Assembly: GCA_905187655.1 (NCBI GenBank)
Contig: CAJJIV010000001.1
Coordinates: 1 to 51,428 of the forward strand
Source: an uncultured Eubacteriales bacterium
Lineage (GTDB): Bacteria; Bacillota; Clostridia; Christensenellales; UBA1242
DNA: 51,428 nucleotides
Direction of reading: 5' to 3'
Both the position numbers and the translations under genes were made by a program. The first letter of the stretch is position 1. The number at the start of each line of letters is the position of its first letter. Positions 28,162 to 37,771 of the stretch are shown here, one piece after another. Below the pieces are notes generated by a model. The model was not told where the DNA came from. It was given only the letters and a program-made list of their open reading frames with translations, and did no database searches.

Positions 28162-29298
28162 TTAATTTGTATTATTCTTTTTGTCTGGCTTTTTGCCAAG
28201 GAAGGAATAGTAGGTGCATTCAATGTTTGCATTAAACAATTTTCGCTTTTTGTCAGCATGGCGATTTAATGCTTTTTCAACCGATTTATAGTTGGTAAGA
28301 AGATAGGCGCTCCAATTGTTTAAACCGTTAAGCATTTTGTTAAAATCTTTGTACATACCAGGTGCATCACACGAGTTGCCAATGCGGTAGCCATATGGCG
28401 GATTTGATATAATTACTCCAAAGTCATCTGTGGATTTAAAGTCTTTCATATCTCCAACTTCAAATTTAATTACATTATCCACCTTTGCATTCTTTGCGTG
28501 AAATTTGGCTATTTTTATGGCTTCTGGATTAATATCCTTGGCAATAATATTAGGCTTAAAATCGTGTAAAATGTTGCGTTTTGCTTCCGCTCTGACAGAG
28601 TCTATTGCACGCTGAGGGAAGTTCTTAAAGTGTTCAAAGTCAAAGTTTCGGTATAGTCCTGGCGCAATTTGTTTTGCAATTAGTGCGCACTCAATAGCAA
28701 TGGTTCCACTGCCACAAAATAAATCGGCAAATGGTTTTTCTTTGTTGTAAACAGAAAGTAAAATCATTGCGCTAGCAATTGTTTCTTTTATGGGTGCGGT
28801 GTAACTAAGAGTGCGGTAGCCACGCTTATGAAGCCCATCTCCTGATGAGTCTAGGTACACTTTTACAAGGTCATTTTCTATGTTAAAAACAACAACAGCT
28901 CGATAACCACTTTCAGTTATATCAGTTTTGTAATAATTTTTTAAGCGATCAATTATTGCTTTTTTACACACTCCGCCAGTTGCCTTAATTGCCATAAGTT
29001 TACTGTTTTTGCAATTTCCGTCTAGTAAAATGTGGTGGGTTGGGGTAAGGTAATCTTCAAACGGAATTTTTTTAACTTCGTTATAAAAGGTGTCAAAGTC
29101 AGTTGCAACAAACTCGGCAAGTTTAATTAAAACTCGCTCAGCTGTTCTTAGGTTAACATTAAGTTTTGCAAGACAGGTATAATCGCCTTCTAATTCAATT
29201 TTGCCTTCAATTGCCCTGGTGTCGGCGTAGCCAAGTTTTAACAATTCTCTTTTGGTAACCGCTTCTATTCCAAAAGCGGTTGTTACTGCAATTTTCAT
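28162..29298 (-). CDS. THUMP-domain class I SAM-dependent RNA methyltransferase (RlmL/YpsC-like)
   Basis: Motifs DLFCGSGTIAIE and NPPYG. Start taken at MKIAVTT..., an internal ATG of the track ORF. Confidence 0.85.
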   Translation of the reverse strand: MKIAVTTAFGIEAVTKRELLKLGYADTRAIEGKIELEGDYTCLAKLNVNLRTAERVLIKLAEFVATDFDTFYNEVKKIPFEDYLTPTHHILLDGNCKNSKLMAIKATGGVCKKAIIDRLKNYYKTDITESGYRAVVVFNIENDLVKVYLDSSGDGLHKRGYRTLSYTAPIKETIASAMILLSVYNKEKPFADLFCGSGTIAIECALIAKQIAPGLYRNFDFEHFKNFPQRAIDSVRAEAKRNILHDFKPNIIAKDINPEAIKIAKFHAKNAKVDNVIKFEVGDMKDFKSTDDFGVIISNPPYGYRIGNSCDAPGMYKDFNKMLNGLNNWSAYLLTNYKSVEKALNRHADKKRKLFNANIECTYYSFLGKKPDKKNNTN

Positions 29299-29421
29299 AT
29301 TATTTGTTCCTTTAATGTTAATAAGTATAAACAAAATAACTAAAATTTCAATTGTTATTTAATATATTTTTAAATTGTTGACACAAGATGATACAATAAA
29401 AAGAGATAAGGAGAACTACAA

Positions 29422-29772
29422 ATGAATATTTATACATCTTCAAGATACTATAACACAAAAAAAGTTATTATATCCAATTACGGAACTCCAAAAGAACTTG
29501 CCGATTTTGAAATGGACTTTGCATCGCTTAATTACTGTTTAAATTCAGTTGAAAAGAGTTTGGCAGATCGCAAAATAGGTGAAGTTTTTAACCTGGACCC
29601 AAATGTAATTAATTTATCAAAGTCACAGCCCAATATGGTAAAGATTCTTAGTGAAATAGAAAGTTGTGGCGATCGCTATAATCCCAAAGAGCAGAAAATA
29701 GTTTCCGCTGTGCTTAAAAAAGTGTACTTTGATAAATACATAAAAACAAAAGAAGAACAAGAGCAAAAATAA
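29422..29772 (+). CDS. Hypothetical protein (116 aa)
   Basis: AAGGAG SD. No recognised motif. Confidence 0.55.
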   Translation: MNIYTSSRYYNTKKVIISNYGTPKELADFEMDFASLNYCLNSVEKSLADRKIGEVFNLDPNVINLSKSQPNMVKILSEIESCGDRYNPKEQKIVSAVLKKVYFDKYIKTKEEQEQK

Positions 29773-29835
29773 AATACGATTTTTAGGTCAATTTGTTTTG
29801 TGTATAAGTTAAGCTGTTGTGTTAATTTAACCCCC

Positions 29836-29864
29836 TTGACTTAATAGGGGCAATAAGTTATAAT
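29836..29864 (+). promoter_or_regulatory. dnaB-alaS promoter
   Basis: TTGACT, 17-nt spacer, TATAAT. Confidence 0.7.
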
Positions 29865-29891
29865 AATATTACTAAAATCAATGGTGAAAAT

Positions 29892-31478
29892 ATGGCAAAA
29901 ACAAACGACAACAATACAAAGCAATTGGCACAAATAATGCCAAGTAATACCGAGGCTGAACTTGGTGTTTTGGGTAGTGCCCTTATAAGTGAAGATGCTT
30001 GCGTTGGCATAATGGGTAAACTTAAACCAACTGATTTTTACTCGGAAGTTAACCAAAAAGTTTTTGAAGCTATGTGTAATCTATACAAAAGAAATGTTGT
30101 AGTAGATTACATTACTTTAACTGATGAACTGGAACATATGAATATGTTAAACGGCGTTGGTGGTGCTGAATTTATTATGAGCTTAACTAACGTTGTGCCA
30201 AGTTCTGCAAGATGGACACAATATGTAGATATAGTTAAAAGATGTGCTACAAATCGCCGACTAATTGGTATATGTGACCGTGTTACACGAAAGGCATATA
30301 ACGGAGATGAAGATAGTCTTAATGAAGCCGAAAAGGGAGTATTTGAGCTTGCTGAAAGTGGGCAGGTTTCCGACCTTGAACATATTAACCCATATCTAGA
30401 TGTTGTAATGAGCAAGTTTGAAACCATTAATAAAAACGGTGGGCAACTTCAAGGTGTACCATCTGGATTTTATGCAATTGATGAAATTACGCGTGGTTGG
30501 CAAAATAGTGACCTTATTGTTATTGCTGCAAGACCAGCTGTTGGTAAAACTGCATTAAGTATGAATTTTATTGTAAATGCCGCCTTAAAAAAATATAAAT
30601 GTGCAGTATTTTCGTTAGAAATGAGCAAATCGCAATTAACTCAGCGTATGATATGTTCGGTTGCTGGGGTAGATATGAGTAAGGCATTATGCGGAAAACT
30701 TTCTAGCGCGGATTGGACAAAATTATTTAATGCACTAAACACATTAAAAGAATGTGAAATATATATTGATGACAGCACGCTTAATACACCGGCAGAGATA
30801 CTTAGCAAATGTCGAAAGTTAAAGAGAGAAAAGGGTTTGGACCTTATTATGATAGACTATTTGCAGTTAATGTACAGTGACAAAAAGTCGGATAACAGAC
30901 AAAGTGAAGTTGCAGATATTTCAAGAAGAATGAAGATATTGGCAAAAGAGCTTAATGTGCCAGTGCTGTTACTTAGTCAGTTAAACCGTTCGGTTGAAAC
31001 CAGAAAGGGTAAACCAGTTTTAAGTGACCTAAGAGAAACTGGTGCAATTGAACAAGATGCAGATATTGTTATGTTTATTCATAAGCCAGAAGAGATGAAG
31101 GGTGTTGAGCACGAAGATGCTCCAAGTGACTACACCGCAGAAATAATATTTGCAAAGCATCGTAGCGGTAAAGTTGGTAGCGTATACATTGGGTGGAAAG
31201 GTTCAAGAGTATCTTTTGTTAACCTGCCTAAAGATGGTGATATGCAAAGCTTAATGGAAGGTGCACCTCCTGAGCCAAAACGAATTAAAGGGCCAGAAAA
31301 AATTGAAAGTGGCGATTTTAACGACATATTTGTAGATGAGGCAAATTTGCCTCCGTTTGATGTAGAGTATAGCGGAGATGGTTCGCCTTTGCCTGAAGAT
31401 GAACCAGATTTTCCTTCTGAAGAAGAGGCACCACCTGTGCAAAAATTAGATGACCCCAATGGGGATATATTTGAATAA
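29892..31478 (+). CDS. dnaB: Replicative DNA helicase DnaB with an 83-aa acidic/Pro-rich C-terminal extension
   Basis: N-terminal P.N.EAE..VLG motif. Walker A ARPAVGKT. RecA-like core (IDYLQLM, LSQLNR). The core ends near ...VSFVNL. Confidence 0.95.
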   Translation: MAKTNDNNTKQLAQIMPSNTEAELGVLGSALISEDACVGIMGKLKPTDFYSEVNQKVFEAMCNLYKRNVVVDYITLTDELEHMNMLNGVGGAEFIMSLTNVVPSSARWTQYVDIVKRCATNRRLIGICDRVTRKAYNGDEDSLNEAEKGVFELAESGQVSDLEHINPYLDVVMSKFETINKNGGQLQGVPSGFYAIDEITRGWQNSDLIVIAARPAVGKTALSMNFIVNAALKKYKCAVFSLEMSKSQLTQRMICSVAGVDMSKALCGKLSSADWTKLFNALNTLKECEIYIDDSTLNTPAEILSKCRKLKREKGLDLIMIDYLQLMYSDKKSDNRQSEVADISRRMKILAKELNVPVLLLSQLNRSVETRKGKPVLSDLRETGAIEQDADIVMFIHKPEEMKGVEHEDAPSDYTAEIIFAKHRSGKVGSVYIGWKGSRVSFVNLPKDGDMQSLMEGAPPEPKRIKGPEKIESGDFNDIFVDEANLPPFDVEYSGDGSPLPEDEPDFPSEEEAPPVQKLDDPNGDIFE

Positions 31479-31494
31479 AGGAAGTTAAAAATCT

Positions 31495-33336
31495 ATGAAA
31501 GTTACAAGTAAAGAGTTGCGAGATACTTGGATTAAATTTTATGAAAGTAAAGGACACAAAAATATTGGTGCGGTATCGCTAATTGGTGATGGAACAACAG
31601 GTGTTATGTTCAACGTTGCAGGAATGCAACCTTTAATGCCTTATCTACTTGGCAAAAAGCATCCAGATGGTACCAGACTTTGCAACGTTCAGGGCTGTAT
31701 AAGAACGGTTGATATTGATGAAGTGGGCGATGATTGCCACCTTACATTTTTTGAGATGATGGGGAATTGGAGTCTTGGCGACTATTTTAAAAAAGAGAAG
31801 ACTGCATGGACGGTGGAATTACTTACTGAAAAGTTTAAACTAGACATAAACAAATTGTGTTCAAGTGTTTTTGCCGGCAATGAAAGTGCTCCACGAGATG
31901 AAGAAACAGTCAATTTACTAAAAGACCTAGGAATTAAAGAAGAGAATATTTTTTATCTTGGGAAAAAAGAAAATGGTGAAGAAAACAACTGGTGGGAACT
32001 AGATGGCACAGTTGGCACACCTTGTGGTCCGGATAACGAGTGGTTTTATCCGTTGACAGATAAAAAGTGTTGTGATAATTGCGACATAAATTGCAAGTGT
32101 GGTCGATTTGTAGAAGTCGGTAACGATGTATATATGCAATACAAAAAAACAGCAAATGGTTATGAGCCTCTTGAAAACAAAAATGTTGACACAGGTTTTG
32201 GCTTTGAGCGTTGCTTAATGTTTTTAAATGGCTTAACTGATGTGTATAAAACAGACCTATTTGCAGATGTAATTAAAATAATTGAAACTGAATGTGGTGC
32301 AAAGTATGGCGAAGATGAGGGCAAAACCAGAATGATGCGTATTATTGCCGACCATACTAGAACAAGTGTTATGCTAATTGGTGATGTTAATGGAATAGTT
32401 CCAAGCAATGTTGGGGCTGGTTACATTTTAAGAAGAGTTATGCGAAGAGCAATAAGATATACAAGGCAACTTGGAGCAACACCTGACCTATTGAACAAAA
32501 TAGCCAAGCATTTTATAGAAGATATTTACTCCGAAGCTTATCCACTATTAAAAGAGAAAGAAGACTACATTTTGGCTGAAATCACCAAAGAAGTTGAAAA
32601 ATTTGATAAAATGCTGATTCAAGGCAGCAAAGAGTTTGAAAAAGTAATAGTTGGCATAGAACGAAAAAGAGAGTTTTTGCAAAAGACCGACCCTAATGCG
32701 GTAGTAGAAAATGTTATTAATGGCAAAACAGCTTTTAGATTATATGATACTTTTGGATTTCCTTTAGAATTAACAACCGAAATGGCAACCGAGCGAGGCT
32801 TTAAAGTTGATGTAGATGGGTTTAAAGAAGCCTTTAAAGAGCATCAAGAAAAGAGCCGAACGGTAGACAAAGGAACATTTAAAGGTGGCTTAGATGATAC
32901 TGGTGAACAGACCACTAAATTGCATACGGCGTGTCACTTGTTACTTTCTGGTCTTAGACACAAATTTGGCACCGAAGTGGAACAAAAGGGAAGCAATATA
33001 ACAAGTGAAAGATTAAGGTTTGATTTTAACTTTAATCGCCCGCTAACTTCGGAAGAAATAAAAGAACTAGAAGATTATGTAAATAATGCAATTAAAAGCG
33101 GAATAAAGGTAGAGAGAGTAGAACTTCCTTTTGCTGAGGCATTAAAACAAGGTGCCTATGGTGTTCATAAGGCCGAGCCAACCGACATTGTTTCGATATA
33201 TAAAATTGGGGACTTAGATTTTCAAATATGCGGTGGCCCTCATGTTAAAAACACAAGCGAAATAGGTAAATTTAAAATTACCAAAGAGCAGAGTAGCAGT
33301 AGTGGCATAAGAAGAATTAGGGCTGAAATAGAATAG
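31495..33336 (+). CDS. alaS: Alanine--tRNA ligase, compact form (613 aa) without a C-Ala domain
   Basis: Class II AlaRS motifs (HLTFFEMMGNWSLGDYFK, RFVEVGNDVYMQY). Editing-domain HTACHLL and CGGPHV. Ends right after ...GIRRIRAEIE. Confidence 0.85.
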   Translation: MKVTSKELRDTWIKFYESKGHKNIGAVSLIGDGTTGVMFNVAGMQPLMPYLLGKKHPDGTRLCNVQGCIRTVDIDEVGDDCHLTFFEMMGNWSLGDYFKKEKTAWTVELLTEKFKLDINKLCSSVFAGNESAPRDEETVNLLKDLGIKEENIFYLGKKENGEENNWWELDGTVGTPCGPDNEWFYPLTDKKCCDNCDINCKCGRFVEVGNDVYMQYKKTANGYEPLENKNVDTGFGFERCLMFLNGLTDVYKTDLFADVIKIIETECGAKYGEDEGKTRMMRIIADHTRTSVMLIGDVNGIVPSNVGAGYILRRVMRRAIRYTRQLGATPDLLNKIAKHFIEDIYSEAYPLLKEKEDYILAEITKEVEKFDKMLIQGSKEFEKVIVGIERKREFLQKTDPNAVVENVINGKTAFRLYDTFGFPLELTTEMATERGFKVDVDGFKEAFKEHQEKSRTVDKGTFKGGLDDTGEQTTKLHTACHLLLSGLRHKFGTEVEQKGSNITSERLRFDFNFNRPLTSEEIKELEDYVNNAIKSGIKVERVELPFAEALKQGAYGVHKAEPTDIVSIYKIGDLDFQICGGPHVKNTSEIGKFKITKEQSSSSGIRRIRAEIE

Positions 33337-33364
33337 ATAATAAAGGTAATAGAATAAAGGGCAA

Positions 33365-34990
33365 ATGAAAAAAATAATTAACAAAGTGATACTTATAGCA
33401 TCTTGCATATTATTTATTTTTTTAGCACTGGGAGCAACAATGGTGTTCATTCCGGGTGTTAACATTTTGGGTGTAAAATATGTTAGATCTACAAGTGGTA
33501 GTGTTTATGACATAAAACAAAAATATGCACCAGAAGGTAGTTTTAGTTCGGTGGATATTGTTGCCGATAATATTCCTATTAAATTAAACTTTGTACAAAG
33601 TTATAATTATACAGTAGAACTAAATGAAAGGTTTAATGGGTTTTCAAAATATACCGAAACTCCAAAGTTAACTATGGAAGTAGTTGATGGTGCATTAAAA
33701 TTTTATGCAAAAGAATATAAACCTTTTATTTACCATAACCGATTAGATGAGTATGGATTAATAATTTCAATTCCTGTTTATTACCTGGGTAAGGTAAGTG
33801 TAACAAGCCAAACAAGTAAAATTACCGTTGGTGGACTAACAGGTCAGCTAGATACTCTAAGTTTAAACACCAAGGGGTTAATTACTATAGAAGACAGTTT
33901 TTCGGCAAACAATTTAGAAATTGTGTCTGGGTCTAAGTGGATTAAAATTAACGAAAATTGCAAAATAGCAAACAATCTAACTATTAAAACCACAAATGGC
34001 TCGGCAGAAGTTTTTGCACCAATTGGCGGAGAAATAAATTTTACATCAAATAGTGGTAAATTGTTTTTTAATTTGTGTAACTCACTTAAAGTAACTTGCA
34101 AAACTGGTGGAGTTGAACCGTTAGACAAAAGTGAAGGCAAGGTTAATACAACGGCAGATATTTCTTGCAATGGTTCAACTGTAATTTATTCAGCCCAGTC
34201 GGTTACCGCAAAAACAAAGAACGGAGACTTTTCTTTTGGACAATCTGGGCTTATTAACAATTCTAAGTTAGATGTTGAAACAAAAAGTGGAAATATAAAA
34301 CTTTTGGGTGAATTTAAAGCAGAAGATGTTTCATTAAAAACAAATTCAGGTGATATTGCTATTCAAAAAATTGACACTATAAAAATTAACACCAAGCACG
34401 GTAAAGTTAAATTAAATAGTGTAGAAACTGCCGAAATTAATGCTGGTTCAAGCGGAGTAGAAATATTAAAAGCGACCAATAATGTAACAGTGTCTACCCG
34501 AAGTGGATATGTAAAACTTGGAACTAGTGGTGCGGACTTTAATGCAAGTGCCACTATTAGCACTCTTGGTGGCGATGTAAAAATTATAAGCGGAGATGGT
34601 AAATCTTATGATATTACCACTAAAAGTGGCAAAGTTCAAATAACAAATTGTTATGATAATATAAGTGAATACAAAATAACTTCAAAAAGTGGAAGCATTT
34701 CTCTTCAAGGAATAAATGGAAAATCAGATATACAGACATCGGGAGAAGTAAGCTTAAGTGTGCACGAATTTAATGGTGAAGTAAGTGTTAATGCAAAAAA
34801 TAAAAAAGTTGAAGCTGTTGTAGAAGATGAAGCAATTTATTATTTACAAAGCAAGGGCAAAAAGGTAAGCGTGCCAGCCAAGAATGAAAAGGTTGAAATA
34901 TACAACACAACAATTGGTGCAACTGATACAAAAAATTTATTGACAGTAAAAACACATAAAGGTAAAATAACAATATCTGAAAAATTTTAA
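33365..34990 (+). CDS. Membrane-anchored beta-strand-repeat protein, DUF4097/LiaG-like putative adhesin
   Basis: N-terminal TM helix, then ~16 degenerate repeats built on [ST]-x-[SNG]-G-x-[IV]-x-[IL]. Confidence 0.7.
   Translation: MKKIINKVILIASCILFIFLALGATMVFIPGVNILGVKYVRSTSGSVYDIKQKYAPEGSFSSVDIVADNIPIKLNFVQSYNYTVELNERFNGFSKYTETPKLTMEVVDGALKFYAKEYKPFIYHNRLDEYGLIISIPVYYLGKVSVTSQTSKITVGGLTGQLDTLSLNTKGLITIEDSFSANNLEIVSGSKWIKINENCKIANNLTIKTTNGSAEVFAPIGGEINFTSNSGKLFFNLCNSLKVTCKTGGVEPLDKSEGKVNTTADISCNGSTVIYSAQSVTAKTKNGDFSFGQSGLINNSKLDVETKSGNIKLLGEFKAEDVSLKTNSGDIAIQKIDTIKINTKHGKVKLNSVETAEINAGSSGVEILKATNNVTVSTRSGYVKLGTSGADFNASATISTLGGDVKIISGDGKSYDITTKSGKVQITNCYDNISEYKITSKSGSISLQGINGKSDIQTSGEVSLSVHEFNGEVSVNAKNKKVEAVVEDEAIYYLQSKGKKVSVPAKNEKVEIYNTTIGATDTKNLLTVKTHKGKITISEKF
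33797..34804 (+). repeat. Degenerate ~17-20 aa coding repeats within the DUF4097-like gene
   Basis: Recurring TKSGNIKL, TNSGDIAI, TKHGKVKL, TRSGYVKL, TLGGDVKI, TKSGKVQI, SKSGSISL units. Confidence 0.7.
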
Positions 34991-35004
34991 AGGTAGATAA
35001 ATTT

Positions 35005-35697
35005 ATGAGCGAACAAAAGAAAGCAAAACCAATTATTGTAACCCTTCCTCCCAATGCCTTGGAACAATCTAGTAATATGGAGAACTTTAAACTAGTTTTT
35101 GATGCCAATAACGAAATAAGACAATCATTGCTTAAGCGAGCAATAAAAGGCAAAGGAACAAGCAGTGAAAAATTGGAACTAATTGCAAAGTTCTTTGCAA
35201 CAAACATAAATATAGATTTTACTGATAATTGTAACCTATATAGTTTTGAATTAAAAGACAGCTTGGGTGAGCAAGAATATGCAATGTCACCTGTTTATGT
35301 GGGGAAGTACTTTTTAAAGTCTTCTAGGTTTGCCACCGCCGAAAACAAGCAATGGTATAGGCAAATTAAAGAGACATTACCGGTAGAGCTTTCACCTAAC
35401 ATATATTTAACTGAGCACGGAAAGTCGCTTTCAATTGCACAAGAAATTTCGTATTTTGCAAGTATGTTTGGCATAGAAAACGAAATACATAAATGTGGCA
35501 AAAAAAGACTTTTTAATAAAGAAACTGAAAGGTATGAGAGCCTTGAACTGTACACAAACCTGGTAAAAGTTAAAACTGAAGATGGGTTTAAGGTATTAAC
35601 CATAGATGTAACAACCACCATAACAGAACTAGATGCATTAAAGTGCCGTACACGAGACAAAATTATGGCCGGTTTGATAACTGATAATAATGCCTAA
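35005..35697 (+). CDS. Hypothetical protein (230 aa)
   Basis: ORF 14 nt after the DUF4097-like gene. No recognised motif. Confidence 0.6.
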   Translation: MSEQKKAKPIIVTLPPNALEQSSNMENFKLVFDANNEIRQSLLKRAIKGKGTSSEKLELIAKFFATNINIDFTDNCNLYSFELKDSLGEQEYAMSPVYVGKYFLKSSRFATAENKQWYRQIKETLPVELSPNIYLTEHGKSLSIAQEISYFASMFGIENEIHKCGKKRLFNKETERYESLELYTNLVKVKTEDGFKVLTIDVTTTITELDALKCRTRDKIMAGLITDNNA

Positions 35698-35706
35698 AAG
35701 AAATAA

Positions 35707-35735
35707 GAGTAAGTGAGAAATCACTTGCTCTTTTT
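35707..35735 (+). terminator. Intrinsic terminator
   Basis: Stem gagtaagtga/tcacttgctc (one G-T pair), GAAA loop, T5. Confidence 0.7.
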
Positions 35736-35765
35736 GGTATATTTTGTACATATGGTTGTTTTTGT

Positions 35766-35794
35766 TTGACACAAATAGATAAAAAATGTAAAAT
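35766..35794 (+). promoter_or_regulatory. Glycogen operon promoter
   Basis: TTGACA, 17-nt spacer, TG-TAAAAT extended -10. Confidence 0.7.
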
Positions 35795-35872
35795 TTATTA
35801 GATACTAATTAATATGGGGGAGCGTTTAAACCGACTAGACTTGGGTAAATGCTCCTTTGCTTTAAGGGGAAA

Positions 35873-37756
35873 ATGGACACAAAAAAATCTTTATATTTAT
35901 TTCAACAAGGCACCTATTACAACTCATATGAATTTATGGGTTGTCATTTGTGTTCAATTAATAAAGTAGATGGTGCCATTTTCCGAGTTTTTGCTCCTAA
36001 TGCTAAAGCAATAAGTGTTGTAGGTGATTTTAATGCCTGGAACGAAAAAGATGGGCAGATGCATCGCATAGATAATGGAGCAGTATGGGAAAAATTTGTA
36101 CCAAACGTACAAGTATATGACAACTATAAGTTTTTGGTAACAAATGCAAAGGGTGAAAAAGTTTTTAAGGCGGACCCATATGCTTTTCATAGTGAAACAA
36201 ATGGTCAAACAGCATCAAAGGTATACAATTTATCTGGTTACACTTGGGCAGACCAAGACTATCAAAAGTCTAAAAACATAACCAATCACTACACCTCTCC
36301 AATGAATATTTATGAAGTAAACTTTTGTTCATGGCAAAGGTATCCAGATGGTAATTATTTTTCTTATCGCAAACTTGCCGAAGAATTAATACCATATGTT
36401 GTTAAAATGGGCTATACACACATAGAAATTATGCCACTAACAGAATACCCTTATGATGGGTCTTGGGGCTATCAACCAACAGGGTACTTTTCGGTAACAA
36501 GCAGGTTTGGCACCCCACACGACTTTATGTATTTTGTAGATTGCTGTCATCAAAATAATATTAGTGTAATACTAGATTGGGTACCAGCACATTTCCCTAA
36601 AGATGAGCACGGCTTAATTGAATGGGACGGAACTTGTTTATATGAGTATAATAGTTGGGACCGCAAAGAGCATAAATCATGGGGAACTCGCCGTTTTGAT
36701 TATGGCAAGCCAGAAGTACAAAGTTTTTTAATTTCTAGTGCAATGTTCTTTTTAAAAGTCTTTCATATAGATGGCTTGCGGGTAGATGCCGTGGCATCAA
36801 TGTTATACCTAGACTACGATAAAAAGAATGGGGAGTGGGTTCCAAATTGTTATGGAAACAACAAACACCTAGAAGCCATTTCTTTCTTGCAAAAATTAAA
36901 TTGTGCCGTATTTAAAGAATTTCCTAGTGCACTAATGATAGCCGAAGAGTCTACTGCTTGGCCACTTGTAACAAAACCAACTGACATAGGCGGGCTTGGG
37001 TTTAATTATAAATGGAACATTGGCTGGATGAATGACACTCTAGAATATATTTCAATGGACCCATTTTTTAGAAAAGACAATCATAGCAAAGTCACCTTTT
37101 CAATGTTCTATGCGTTTAGTGAAAACTTTGTTTTGCCAATTTCGCATGATGAAGTAGTTTATGGCAAGCGGTCATTAATTAATAAAATGGCAGGTGATTA
37201 TGACCAAAAATTTAATTTAATGCGTGCGTTTTATGGTTATATGATGGCACACCCTGGTAAAAAACTTACTTTTATGGGCTCTGAAATTGGGCAATTTGAT
37301 GAGTGGGATAATACAAAATCGATTGAATTTTTTTTGTTAGACTATCCTAAACATAAAGAGCTTAATGACTATGTAAAAGACCTTAATTGGTTTTATTTAA
37401 CTCATAGCGAACTATACAACATAGACTTTTCTTGGGACGGATTTGAATGGATAATATCCAATGACACTCGCAACAATGTGGTTGTGTTTGCTCGAAAAAA
37501 CAACAAGGGCGAAAAATTGATTTGTGTAACAAACTTTTCGCCAGAGGAATTGTCTGGTTACCGAGTGTACCTAGATAAAGGAACTTACGAAGAAGTATTT
37601 AATTCCGATTTGAAGAAATATGGTGGTACAGGTATAACAAATGGAAAAATAAAAACTAAGCCAGATGAAAACAATAAAAAGGCAAACTACATAACCTTAA
37701 AAATACCGCGCAATAGCACAATGTATTTTAAAAAAGTAGAAACAAAAAAAATATAA
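35873..37756 (+). CDS. glgB: 1,4-alpha-glucan branching enzyme
   Basis: GH13 regions (ILDWVPAHF, IDGLRVDAVASM, IAEEST, SHDEVV). ATG at 35873 follows AAGGGGAAA. Confidence 0.93.
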   Translation: MDTKKSLYLFQQGTYYNSYEFMGCHLCSINKVDGAIFRVFAPNAKAISVVGDFNAWNEKDGQMHRIDNGAVWEKFVPNVQVYDNYKFLVTNAKGEKVFKADPYAFHSETNGQTASKVYNLSGYTWADQDYQKSKNITNHYTSPMNIYEVNFCSWQRYPDGNYFSYRKLAEELIPYVVKMGYTHIEIMPLTEYPYDGSWGYQPTGYFSVTSRFGTPHDFMYFVDCCHQNNISVILDWVPAHFPKDEHGLIEWDGTCLYEYNSWDRKEHKSWGTRRFDYGKPEVQSFLISSAMFFLKVFHIDGLRVDAVASMLYLDYDKKNGEWVPNCYGNNKHLEAISFLQKLNCAVFKEFPSALMIAEESTAWPLVTKPTDIGGLGFNYKWNIGWMNDTLEYISMDPFFRKDNHSKVTFSMFYAFSENFVLPISHDEVVYGKRSLINKMAGDYDQKFNLMRAFYGYMMAHPGKKLTFMGSEIGQFDEWDNTKSIEFFLLDYPKHKELNDYVKDLNWFYLTHSELYNIDFSWDGFEWIISNDTRNNVVVFARKNNKGEKLICVTNFSPEELSGYRVYLDKGTYEEVFNSDLKKYGGTGITNGKIKTKPDENNKKANYITLKIPRNSTMYFKKVETKKI

Positions 37757-37771
37757 TACAAGGGAAGAAAA

